Shown: positions 13,601 to 25,450 of the stretch, piece by piece | Layout: every line of letters begins with the position of its first letter | How positions within the stretch are numbered: the stretch's first letter is position 1 | NCBI GenBank assembly: GCA_030390025.1 | Contig: CM059431.1 | Span: 147,810,001-147,874,000 of the forward strand | Direction: 5' to 3' | From: Squalus acanthias | Lineage: Eukaryota | Length of the DNA stretch: 64,000 nt | Position numbers and translations under genes: made by a program | The notes under the pieces: generated by a model | Seen by the model: the letters and a program-made list of their open reading frames with translations, nothing else | Databases searched by the model: none | What the model was told of the DNA's origin: nothing

Positions 13601-13960
13601 GACAGTGAATTATAAAGACCCAGATCAAGAGGCGGTCCATATCGAGCTAAGAGGGCGGTTGCTAGGATCCCACATCCCACAGTAATTGATAGTACAAGAC
13701 AGTTAGAATATTGGAAGCTGCACGGCCACTTGGCCGAGGCATTAAACAAAGCTTGTAGAACAGAGCTGAAGGCCCAAATATTAGAAGCCGGGTGAACACC
13801 TCAGTAAGTGGCCTCAGCCAACGGGCATAATGTTGTGTGTAGGTGCAGCCTAAGGTAGCCGAATAGTACAATAATGGGTCCTTTTCTCTCTTAACTACAG
13901 GGTAATGGCGGGATAGATAGAAATCCATCCAAGAAAGGTTACAGCTCAGAGCAGTTTGAC
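10700..13960 (+). mobile_element. Heavily decayed retrovirus-like LTR element: RNase H, integrase, env-like remnant, PPT, 3' LTR
   Basis: Hand translation gives WNKRRFISVGSKIL and VKG*AHS...ENDKADQRAK (retroviral-type RNase H), and CLTYAYYDPG..GP*GNLQTSKIGRL..KGDQ*NVVIIDV (integrase). A purine tract at 13364-13378 is followed by TG and direct repeats. Confidence 0.65.
13420..13712. repeat. Three ~95-bp direct repeats at the start of the putative LTR (U3-like)
   Basis: ac(c/a)caggtcaagaggcggcccatatcgagctaag...cacatcccacagtaa..gatagtacagacag starting at about 13427, 13522 and 13618. Confidence 0.9.
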
Positions 13961-13964
13961 AAAA

Positions 13965-14232
13965 AAAGAAAGCCTTGCATTTATATAGCGCGTTTTACAA
14001 CAACCGGATGTCCCAAAGCGCTTTACAGCCAATCAAGTACTTTTGAATTGTATTCACTGTAGTTATCTTGGATAAGCGGCAGCCCATTTGCGCACAGCAA
14101 GCTCCAAAGTAATAATGACCAGAAAATCTGATTTTGTTATGTTGAGTAAGGGTTAAATATTAGCCAGGACACCGGCAATAACTCCCCTGCTCTTCTTCGA
14201 AATAGCGCCATGGTTTCTTTTATATTCACCTG
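13965..14232 (-). mobile_element. DeuSINE-type (SacSINE1-like) SINE, 3' part
   Basis: Matches the tail and body of the more complete copy at 33565-33992 (ccggatgtcccaaagcgctttacagc, ttgcgcacagcaagctcc). Confidence 0.7.
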
Positions 14233-14745
14233 AAATACCACCAACGCTACCTCCGCAAGATCCTGCAAATCCATTGGGAGGATCGGTGCACCAACGTCAT
14301 TGTTCTCGCTCAGGCCAACATCCCCAGCATCGATGCTTTGACCGCGCTCGATCAGCTCCGATGGACGGGTCACATCGTCCACATGCCCGATACGAGACTC
14401 TCAAAACAAGCGCTCTACTCGGAGCTCCGACACGGCAAAAGAGCCCCAGGTGGGCAGAGGAAACGCTTCAAGGACACCCTCAAAGCCTCCAGGAAAAAAA
14501 TGCAACAATTCCACCGACACCTGGGAATCCCTGGCCCAAGACCGTTCAAAGTGGAGGAGAAGCATCCGGGAAGGCACGGAACACCTCGAGTCTCTTCGCC
14601 GGGAGCAAGCGGAAGCCAAGCGCAGGCAACGCAAGGAGCGCACATCAACCCAAGCACCCCACCCACCCGCCCCTTCAACCACTGCCTGCCGCACCTGTGA
14701 CAGAGACTGTAGGTCCCGCATTGGACTCATCAGTCACCTGAGAAG
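14233..14745 (+). mobile_element. RTE-clade LINE 3' fragment
   Basis: YHQRYLRKILQIHWED..QLRWTGHIVHMPDTRLSKQALYSELRHGKRAPGGQRKRFKDTLK plus a terminal CRTC..SRIGLISHLR zinc finger. Confidence 0.9.
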
Positions 14746-16804
14746 AAGAAAAGTAGGACAATTGCATGAAGCGAAAAATGTTAATAGTCCATTTATAGTG
14801 AAGCTTGTTTTTTAAAAATCACTCGATGCTGAAACTGAGCGCAGGTTATTTTTGCAGAACGAACAACCCTTTGTTGTGACCATAACCACGTGGACTCTGT
14901 TATTTTGAGGAGTGATTCGAAGTAGGAGTGCCCATTATCAATTATAAATGATAAGTTAGTAAGAACTTAATTGTTATTTCTCTTTAAATAATTTTTGATA
15001 AGAGTACTTAAGCAGTTTAAGTGAAGGGGAAATGTTAAATATTTGGGATTCTGTTGGTTTAAGAAGAGTAAAACAAGGTTACGCTGCAGGAGGAGTAAAT
15101 TGGTAGAGCAGGCAGTGGAAACCAGTTTTCTAATCAATCAGCAGTGGTGACTCATTTGGTTTTAAACAAACAAACAGTATAAAAAGACCAGTGCTAGTGC
15201 GAGTCAGCAGAGAGTGCTGAGTTTGGGTAAATTTGAGTTCGGGTGAGTGGAGTGTGGGGTGCTCTTTTAATACTTTAATTCTGTGGGTTGTAGTTAATAA
15301 GGCCTTTCTGGTACAGAGTGACTGTTGGTAAACCATTTAACTGGTGTGATTTAGAGGGATGATTTGATTTAAATCCAATTAATTAGAGGGGATACTTGCA
15401 TCTATAATCGGGCAGAGAGTGTCCATAACTAACAATAAAAAATGTAATTAATTACATAGAATGGAGCAGGTGATGTGTTACTGTTGCGAGATGTGGGAGC
15501 CGGTGGACCCCATTGAGGCTCACGGTGATTACATCTGAGACAAGTGTCTGCTGCTACAGGAATTCCAGCTCCGTGTTGATGAGCTGGAGTCTGAGCTTCA
15601 GACACTGCGACACATCAGGGAGGGGGTAAAGTACCTGGACTCTGTATTTCAGGAGGTGGTCACACCTATGAAGTGAATTAATTCAGATGTAGCCCATGGT
15701 CAGGGACAGGACGGTGTGACGACGAGTGAGACAGGTACGGGGATCCAGGAGGTAGTGTTGGAGGAGCCGTAGCACTTGCTCTTTGCAACAGGGTCGAGGT
15801 TATTATTCCATATGGGGACAGGAGCATGGACTGCAGGGAGGATGAGCAACCTGGCCACAGCACCGTGGAACGGGGGGCCATTCAAGAGGGGGAAGTAAAT
15901 AGAAATGTTGTAGTGGTAGGGGATAGTATTATTAGGGGGATAGATAGAGTTCTCTGCAGCCGAGAGCGAGAGTCCCGTAGGCTGTGTTGCCTGCGCCGTG
16001 CCAGGGTTAAGGACATCTCCTCTGGGCTGGAAAGAAACTTGCGATGGGAGGGGGTGGATCCAGTTGTCGTGGTCCATGTTGGTGCAAACGACGTAGATAG
16101 GACATGGAAGCCAGTTCTGTTAAAGGAGTACGAGCAGCTAGGGGTCAAATTAAAAAACAGAACCTCAAGGGTATTAATCTCTGGATTATTACCTGAGCCA
16201 CGAGCGAATTTTTCTAGGACAAATAAAATTAGAGAGTTAAATGAGTGGCTCAAAGACTGGTGTGGGAGAAATGGGTTTTGCTTCCTGGGACACTGGCACC
16301 AGTACTGGGGCAGGAGGTAGCTGTTCCGTTGGGACGGGCTTCATTGGCCAGTGCTGGGACTTGAGTCCTGGCGGATCATATAACTAGGGCTGTAGAGAGG
16401 GCTTTAAACTAACCAGTGGCGGGGAGGTTCCTAGAGAGCAAATAAAAAAGAGAACAGAGAATGTCAGAGACTTAGGTAGCAGTGGGGAAATTAAAAACCA
16501 GAGTGTGTCAGGAAGGGGCAGAAGGTATGCAGTAAAAGGTAAAGTAATAAAAAGTGCAAAAGCGGGAACTAAGTGTCACAAAACATATTTGAAAGTTCTA
16601 TACCTGAATGCACGTAGCATCATAACAAAATAGACGAGTTAATGGCACAAATAACTACATATGGGTATGATCTTGTGGCCATTACAGAAACATGGCTGCA
16701 GGGTGACAATGCCTGGGAATTAAAATACCAGGTTATTTAACGATCAGGAAGAACAGGCAGGAAGGAAGGGGACGTGGAGTGGCTATGTTAATAAAGGAAA
16801 CAAT

Positions 16805-17545
16805 GGCCCAAAAATTAGTGCCGCTACGCGAGAGTACGCACTGCGTACTCTCGCGTATTCTGTCTCCAATTGCCGGTTTTCCGCATGCACTGCGCATGCG
16901 CTGAAAACCGGCACTTGGTGAATGGAAAAGGGGGCGGGTCCTAAGTGAACCGCATGCGCGCTACAGGCTGCGCGCATGCAGTGCACTTAGTGGTTTCAAC
17001 GCGCAGGTAAGTACGGAAGATTCTACACATAAAAAAAGGAGGAGTAAGACCCACTTTTAACAAGGTAAGTAGAGAATTAAGTATTATTTTGAATTTTTTT
17101 TAACAGGTATATCTTTTTTAGAGACTTTAAAGACAGGTAAGTTTATTTTTATAACTTTTTAAAAGATTTTAAATGTTTTCAAAAATGTAATTTTTTATTT
17201 AAAATGGTTAATTTATTTAACTATACTTATTTTATTAATGTGATGGATTTTTAAAATTTAATTGAGGTTTAGCGGTTCTTTTGGGGGGCTATAGTATTCA
17301 TAGCTTTCACAGCACTTATGTGAAAGTTATGAATGGAAGATGGTGTGCTGCCATTGGCTCTAACTGAGTCACGTGATCCCACAGCACGCACGAATTAACT
17401 ACGCCTGCGGGATACGCAAGCCCAGCGCAGCAGCTGTCCAGAACATCAAGTTCGTGCGAGCTGGAACTGAAAAAGCCAACACGCAGTGAGAGATCGCGGG
17501 GAGGCCTTACCCTCGCATGAAGGCTTCCTCACGAATTTTTGGGCC
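16805..17545. mobile_element. Non-autonomous TIR element (MITE, PIF/Harbinger-like), copy 1
   Basis: TIR GGCCCAAAAATT/AATTTTTGGGCC, 3-bp TSD AAT, 741 bp. Removing it restores the CR1 frame LIKETITLIQRND. Confidence 0.9.
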
Positions 17546-19865
17546 AATCACTTTAATACAGAGAAATGATATTGGGTCAAAGGTCAGGATAATGAAACAG
17601 TTTGGGTGGAGATAAGGAATAATAAGGGGAAAAAACATTAGTGGGCGTAGTCTATAGGCCTCCAAACAGTTGCAACTCTGTTGGACGGAGTATCAATAAG
17701 GAAATAGTTGAGGCTTGTAGTAAGGGAACATCTATAATTATGGGGGATTTTAACTATCATATTATATGGACAAATCAAATTGGCAGGGCTGCCTTGAGGA
17801 TGAGTTCATTGAGTGTATCAGGGATGTGTTTCTTGAGCAGTATGTAACTGAACCGACCAGGGGGCAAGCAACCTTAGATCTGGTCCTGTGAAACGAGACA
17901 GGATGAATTAAAAAAATTCTAGTAAAGGATCCCCTTGGAATGAGTGACCATAACATGGTTGAATTCCATATTCAATTAGAAGGTGAGAAGGTTGGATCTC
18001 AAACAAACGTGCTAAGCTTGAATAAAGGAGACTTTGAAGGTATGCGACCGGAATTGAGTAGAGTGGATTGGGAAAATAGATTAAAGGGTAAAACGATACA
18101 TGATCAGTGGTGTACATATAAGGAGTTATTTTACAACTTCCAAAAAATATATATTCAACTGAGAAGAAAAGGGTGTAAAAGAAAAGACAGTCATCCGTGG
18201 CTAAGTAAAGAAATTAAGTATAGTATTCGACTAAAAACAAGGGCTTATAAGGTAGCCAAATCTAGTGGGAGAATAGAGGTTTGGGAAAACTTTAAAAGAC
18301 AGCAAAAAATAACAAAAAGATTGATTAAGAAAGGGAAGATAGATTATGAAAGTAAATTAGCAAAGAAATATAAAAACAGATTGTAAGAGTTTTTATAGTT
18401 CTATAAAAAGAAAAAGGGTGGCTAAAGTAAATGTTGGTCCCTTAGAGGATGAGACCGGGAAATTAACGGTGGGAAATATGGAGATGGCAAATACACTTAA
18501 TGAATATTTTGTATCAGTCTTTACAGTAGAGGACACTAAGAATATCCCAACACTGGAAAAACAGGGGGCTATAGGGGGGAGGAGCTAAACACGATCAAAA
18601 TCACTAAGGAAGTTGTACTCGGTAAAATAATGGGACTCAAGGCGATTAAATCACCTGGACCTGATGCCCTACATCCTAGGGTCTTGAGCGAAGTGGCGGT
18701 AGGGTTTGTGGATGCATTGGTAATCATTTTCCAAAACGCCCTGGACTCAGCTAAGATCCCGGCAGACTGGAAAACTGCTAATGTAACACCCTCATTTAAA
18801 ATGGCAGTAGACAGAAGGCTGGAAACTATAGACAGGTTAGCCTAACATCTGTGGTAGGTAAAATTTTGGAGTCCATTATTAAGGAGACATTTGGATAATC
18901 ATAATTTAATAGGACAAAGTCAGCATGGTTTTATGAAGGGGAAATCATGTTTGACAAATTTGATGGAGTTCCTTGAGGAAGTAACATACAGGGTGGATAA
19001 AGGGGAATTAGTGGATGTGGTGTATTTAGACTTCCAAAAGGCATCTGACAAGGTTCCATACAAAAAAATATTGCTTAATATAAAAAATCACGGGATTAGG
19101 GATACTATTCTGGCATGGATAGAGGATTGGCTATCTAACAGAAGGCAGAGAGTTGGGATAAACGGTTCATTCTCAGACTGGCAATCAGTAACTACTGGTG
19201 TTCTGCAGGGGTCAGTGCTGGGTCCCCAACTCTTTACAATCTATATTAACGATTTGGAGGAGGGGACCGAGTGTAACATATCAAAGTTTGCAGATGATAC
19301 TAAGATGGGAGGGAAAGTAGTGAGTGAGGAGGACATAAAAAATCTGCAAGGGGACATGGACAGGCTAAGTAAGTGGGCAGAGATTTGGCAGATGGAATAC
19401 AATACTGGAAAGTGTGAGGTTATACACTTTGGCAGGAAAAATAGTAGAGCAAGTTTTTATCTAAATAGCAAGAAACTGGAAAGTACTGAAGTACAAAGGG
19501 ATCTGGAGGTCCTGGTGCGCGAAACTCAAAAGGTTAGTTTGCAGGTGCAGCAAGTGATTAAGAAGGCCAATGAGTTGTTAGCTTTCATTGCTAAGGGGAT
19601 AGAATATAAAAATAGGGAGGTATTGCTTCAGTTGTACAAGGTATTGGTGAGACCGCACCTGGAATACTGCATACAATTTTGGTGTCCATACTTAAGAAAA
19701 GACATATTTGCTCTCGAGTCAGTACAAAGAAGGTTCACTCGGTTAATCCCGGGGATGAGGGGATGGACATATGAGGAGAGGTTGGGTACATTGGGACTCT
19801 ACTCATTGGAGTTCAGAAGAATGAGAGGCGATCTTATTGAAACATATAAGATTGTGAAGGGGTTA

Positions 19866-20222
19866 ACATAGAAACATAGAAAAATAGAAAATAGGTACAG
19901 GAGTAGACCATTCGGTCCTTCGAGCCTGCACCGCCATTCAATGCGTTCATGGCTGAACATGCTACCTCAGTACCCCATTCCTGCTTTCTCGCCATACCCC
20001 TTGATCCCCTTAGTTGTGAGTGTTATATCTAACTCCCTTTTGAATATATTTAGCGAACTGGCCTCAACAACCTTCTGTGGAAGAGAATTCCATAGATTCA
20101 CCACTCTCTGGGTGAAGAAGTTCCTCCTCAGCTCAGTCCTAAATGGATTCCCCTTAATCCTTAGACTGTGACCCCTAGTTCTAGTTTTCCCTACCATTGG
20201 GAACATTCTGCCCGCATCTAAT
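19866..20222 (-). mobile_element. Inverted CR1 3' fragment nested in the CR1
   Basis: Minus-strand RMFPMVGKTRTRGHSLRIKG..FFTQRVVNLWNSLP with a (tttctatg)n tail. Confidence 0.88.
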
Positions 20223-20724
20223 TTGTTGGATCGGGTGGATGTGGGGAGGATGTTCCCGATGATGTGTGAAACTAGAACTCGGGGGCAAAGTCTTAGAATA
20301 ATGGGCTGCTCTTTCAAAACTGAGATGAGAAGGAACTACTTCACTCAGAAGGTGATAGGTCCATGGAATATGCTGCCCCCAAAAGCTGTAGAAGCTACAT
20401 CATTTCATAAATTTAAAACAGAAATAGACAGTTTCCTAGAAGTAAAGGGAATTAAGGTTTACGTGGAGCCGGCAGGAATTTGGACATGAGTCTAGTTTGG
20501 GATCGGTCATGGCCCTGTGGGTAGCGTAGCGGGCCCAGGGGCCGTGTAGCCTGATCCTGCTCCTATTTCGTGTGTCCAATTCTGTTAGGTTCAGGAGATG
20601 GTTCTGTGATAGTAGATTGGCGGTTAGGATCAGATCAGCCATGATCTTATTGAATGGCGGAGCAGGCTCGAGTGGCCAATTGGCCTACTCCTGCTCCTAT
20701 TTCTTATATTCTTATGTTCTTATG

Positions 20725-21566
20725 CATAGGCGCCACCTGGTGATGCCCATCATGGTCCAATATCCGAGTTCGGACTCCCAAAAACCCATGTGTCGGCCCC
20801 GGAGTGTGTTTGGGAGACAACCCGGGTTTCTTCTTCTTCTTCCCGCGATTGTGTTTTATTTGCGGTGGGGGGGGGGGGGGGGGGAGGGGGGGGAGTTTAT
20901 GACGGGCTTTCACTTTGAATTCTCTGGTATCTGTGGTTCCGTTTCCACAATCCGATACATGATCAGTAACACACATTTCATGGCCCAGCCCTCCCTCCTT
21001 TTCACCTAGCATCCATTGATAAGGGGGATCATTTTCTGCACCGGTCACACACGCAGGAGAAAGGCTGCAAACTAGGAATTCGGACCCAAAATTGACCCAA
21101 TTCTTGAGTGGGCCTGGTCGAGGCTTGACACATCCATATTTACCCTCATGCTCCTGCCACCACCGTGGCCAACACAACATGGTTTCCCCATGGCCTTCCC
21201 ATTGAATTGGGCTCCCATTATATCCCCAAGGATCTCCTATCTGGCGGTAACTAGTATTGTCACCTACCGTTGCCTGAATGAACCATACACGCGGCTGATT
21301 CACAGTCCCACTCTTACACTTTATACATAATCGCCTCCCTTCTTGAACCGTGTAGGAGGTTACCCGGACTATTCCTGAACAACTTTTGTCACATGTACCC
21401 TTGATAGATCGGAGAGTGACCTCCCGAGCGATACCTTGGGGCGGAGTTACGCGGCAATGGTAATCTGACTGTCGTAACTTGAATCGCTGGATGCTTCCAC
21501 ATGAGTTGCTGCTGCCCTTTCGAGATGGAGCGCTATGTCACACAGCAACCTAAATATCCTCCCCAT
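20725..21566 (-). pseudogene. env-position ORF: putative signal peptide plus immunoglobulin-like domains, truncated at a CR1 tail
   Basis: Acceptor ctctccgctttgttcccctcttccacAG at 21587-21586, then gaaATGG at 21566 (MGRIFRLLCDIALHLERAAA). After a frame change, the frame is open from 21537 and contains DYHCRV, TVQEGRRLCIKC..RVWF..EHEGKYGC and VNFGSEFLVC..PPYQW..DCGNG; sequons NTS and NGT. Confidence 0.6.
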
Positions 21567-21670
21567 TTCTCTGCCTTGTTCTGGCCTGTGGAAGAGGGGA
21601 ACAAAGCGGAGAGTTACTCGCAGTCCCGCCTCCCTTCTTCCCACCATTGGTCTTTTAGGCTCTGCACTGA

Positions 21671-24600
21671 CTATTCACTGGACCGCCTTGGCCGTTTCCC
21701 AGGTCCTTGCCTTAGATTGTAACCAACATCCTGTTCATGGGGAGGCACCTTGTCACACGGAGGTTCCTCAGGTGGGGTCGCCGCATTAGGCACCCCTTCT
21801 CCATCATCCCATTGGAGCGGCTGAGTCAGTCTCACCATGCTCATGATCGCAGCTTGCTGTCTTCTTGACCTACTTGTGGGCTGAAAATATTTCATCTGGT
21901 TAATGTGAAACAATTAGGGTTTCTGAGGTAACTGAAACGCGTATACCAGAGGACAAGCTTTGTCAACAATGTTATACGGTCCCTTATAGAGGGGTTCGAA
22001 CACTCCCACCCTCGCATAGTTTCGTAACATTACCTGGCTCGCTACTTCCCACTCCTGCGGTTTACTCGGAGCCAGGTGTAATCTGTTGCGTTGGTTTGTC
22101 TTTCCAATGTTATGGGCGGCTCTCAAGTTCAGTTCTTTCAAAGTTCCCCACAGGTCGCTCAGGAATTTGTCCCGAGTGACTTCATTCATTTGTTTATCAG
22201 TCAGAGTGGGAGCCAACAGGTGTGTGGGGGTTCGCATGGGTCTCCCTGTTACCAACTTATGAGGGGAGTGACCCGCTCCTTTGGATTTGTTACTGTGGAT
22301 CCCCATAAGGATTAGGGGAAGTATCTCATCCCACTTAGTGGGCTGTTTGTTTAATTCCTTTCGCAGGGCCAACTTCAACGTACGGTTCATTCTTTCCACA
22401 ATCCCTGATGACTGCGGTTTGGGGGTTACGTGTCATTTCCCTTCAATTCCAAACAACTTCAGGGTGGCTTGCATCACTTGACCTGTAAAATGACTCCCTT
22501 GGTCTGCACGGGAAAGCTTCGACCCACTTGGTAAAATTGTCCACTAGGACTAGACAATATTTATTACCCTTTCTTAATGGTGGGCAGAGGTCTGATAAAA
22601 TCTATCTGGACACACTGCCCCGGTCCCTCTGGTCGACGGGGGTGCCCGAGGGGAGCCTTTCTTTTATGTGGGTGAGGATTGTTAGCAGCACACACTAAAC
22701 AGGTTTTACAGTAATCTTCTATGTCTTTCCTCAGATGAGGCGACCACCCTACATCCTCGACCCGCTTCCAGGTTGTTTCTGTTCCGGGGTGTCCAGCCCC
22801 CGGTCCCCCGTGAGCGAGTTGCATGTATTCCTCCCTGTATCCCTCGGGCACAATCCACTTCTCTCCTTTGAACAACATACCTTCCCTGGCATTTACATCT
22901 TTGGCCCCATAAGGCGCTTCTACAATCTGACCTGCTTCTCTTTCCTTGAGGACAGCTTTTAGCACTACATCTGTCAGCTGTGTTATTTTGATATCCGGGG
23001 GAAGCGGAACAGTAACAGCCAGAGTGATGGCTGCTCCCACTCCCGATTGATACGGGTCCCACGGGACCCCTCTCTCCGCTCCCACCTCAGCAAGCTCGTC
23101 TGCTTTCCTATTTCCCTCCCACCTGGGTTCTGCATTAGAGTGGGCTTTGACCTTATGCATATAGTATTCCTCGCCTCCACTTCTTATGACTTCCGCTATG
23201 GTTGCCAGCATTGGCGCGGTAACCAGTGGCTTGCCATCTGCTGATTTAAAACCTCTTCTAGCCCAAAACGCCAACTATTCTGTGCAAGAATTACATGTAA
23301 ACATAGAGTCAGAGCAGATCGTATAGGGCGGGGGGAAATCGGTGGGATGTGTTACCACATAAGTTCCGGCTGCTAACTCTGCCTGCTGAGCTCTGAGAGT
23401 TGTGGGTAACTTACTCGCCACTTCCATTCCTTTCTGCGGGTCGTAAATTACACATCCTGTTTTACGTTGACCCCTTTCCATAAAACTAGACCCATCCAAA
23501 TATCTCTCTCTCCCTTCAGGGTGGATATCAGGTTTGAATCCGCCTTCTGTTTCCCACACCCCCTCGACTGTACAAGTGTGCGGTTCACCCATATATATAA
23601 GACTGGGTGCTAATTTCAGATCGTTTAACGGTTTCACTTTCAGGTTCATCCCTTCTAACTGTAGGGTCCATGTAGCTACTCGAGTGCTTGACACTGTTCC
23701 TTGCCTAATTCGGCCTTGTAACAGGAGGCGGGTTGGCGTGTGGTGGGTGAAGAGAGTGATGGGCTCGGTCCCCGGGAATAGGCAAAATGCTTCACTGCCC
23801 AGGATGTGGCCAGCAAGTGCCGCTCACAGGTAGAGTATCCCTTCTCCAGCTCAGTTAGCACTTTGGAGACATGAGCAACTGGTCTCAGGCTACCATTCAC
23901 TTCCTGCATTAAAACAGAACTCAGACTGGCGTCTGTTTCCGCTACTTCCAAAAAGAAGTCCTTCTTAGCATCTACGGCCCCCAATGCTGGGGCTGTTTGT
24001 AGATCCTTTTTCAACTTTACAAAAGCTTCCTCACAGTGCTCATCCCAATCCCATTCCACTCCCTTTCTGAGTAATCTCAGCAAAGGAGCTACCATCGCTG
24101 CGTAATTCTCAATAAATTCTCTACAGTACCCTGTTAGATCCAGGAATGATCTGAGAGCAGCTATTGAACCCGGGCGCTGCAATTCCTGGACAGTTTGGCG
24201 CTTTGCTCCGTCTATCGCGCGCTCCCCTGGTAACATAGTCAGTGTAAGAAACTGAAACTCTCTTTGCCCTACCGGTGCCTTCACGTGCTTTACCTTAAAA
24301 CCTACGGCTGCAAGCGATTCTAACAATTCCTGCAGCAGTTGCTCATGTTCCTCTTCGCTATCTGAGAACAGCAGGAAATCATCTGCACCCTGCACAAGCT
24401 GGCCTGGCTGACTGAATTCTGATAGACTGTTAGCCATACACTGATGGACAATAGACGGGCTATTGTGGAATCCCTGTGGCAAACAAGTCCACGCATACTG
24501 CTGACCTTTAAAGGTAAAAGCAAATTTATACTGGTCCTCCGGGTGTGAGGGAATTGACCAGAATCCTTTAGATATGTCCAATACTGGGAACACAGGGACA

Positions 24601-25450
24601 GAGCTGGGAATGTTGCCGATTAAATCAATCACAGCTGCTCCTGTGGGACCACAAGCAGGGATGGTTTTATTCAAGATTCTGTAATCTACAGTCATCCGCC
24701 AGGAATTGTCTGGCTTCATTACTGGCCAATCAGGAGAGTTAACATGCGTCACAATAGGTCTCAGGACCACGTGTTCTACTAAGGACGCAACAGCTTTTTC
24801 TCAGTCTCTCTCTCTGCTTCCTTGGGGAACCTACACTGTTTCTGGGGCGGGGACATTGGCTCACGCCCACACCCAACTCTACTCCTGTCACCCTTCCACA
24901 ATCATGTCTGTGGGTAGCACAAGCTCACTTGACATTCAGCACTGCGGTTTGATACCTCTCGGTCACCCTGGCCGTTAGTGTTTCTGAGTCATCGGGTGCC
25001 GCAGGTGTTACCACCCACGCTTCTCCATGTCTCGGGGGTATAACGATTACTTCTTCACCACAGTCCACTACGCCCCACAAACAGTTATTATCCATATCCA
25101 CTGCCACATTGTGAGACAACATCCAGTCAGAGCCCAGCTCTCCCATTCCTGGCTGATCACATTTCATTAGGAAACATCTCCACTTTGTCTGTAGGGGTCC
25201 GTCTGTGAAGATTAAAGTATTTGAGACCGCCCCAGCCGCTGAGTTACCCGTGAAACCTCCTAAAACACAGGGGAGGCGGGCACTTGACCAGGGAGACGAC
25301 ATCGGGGAGGGAGAGTGGATCTACCCTGCTTGACGCTCCAGTGTCTACCAGATAGTCCCCTCTCTCGCCCTCAATCAGAATGTCTACACACGGCCTTCCC
25401 CAATCACCGTACCTGATTGGGCACAGGTACTCGGGCTGGGCGCGGCCCCG
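21671..25450 (-). pseudogene. pol: pro-pol of the LTR element (protease, RT, RNase H-derived tether, RNase H, integrase)
   Basis: ORF pieces 24925-25302, 23676-24770, 23275-23694, 22564-23274, 21914-22399 and 21671-21913. The RT YxDD motif reads GADD; the integrase core has a deletion between WVEAFP and DQGSHF. Confidence 0.9.

Larger units (their letters stand above)
15090..20724 (+). mobile_element. Near full-length CR1 LINE (ORF1 zinc finger/coiled coil/SGNH esterase; ORF2 APE endonuclease + RT), disabled
   Basis: ORF1 from ATG 15461 (MEQVMCYCCEMW.., VVVVGDSIIRG, VVVHVGAND, DGLH). ORF2 has YLNARS, ITETWL, VYRPP, MGDFN, SDH, LDFQKA, QGSVLGP and FADD. (ttcttatg)n tail at 20700-20724. Interrupted by a TIR element and an inverted CR1 tail. 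Confidence 0.92.

Noticed and set aside
14745..15090. Continuation of the env-like ORF or a 3' LTR on the far side of the long CR1
   Set aside because: No matching reading frame, PPT or similarity to the 27883-28554 LTR is visible; the element's 3' end appears deleted.
15826..16320. Stand-alone SGNH/GDSL esterase gene
   Set aside because: It is the esterase domain of CR1 ORF1, directly upstream of the endonuclease-RT ORF2.
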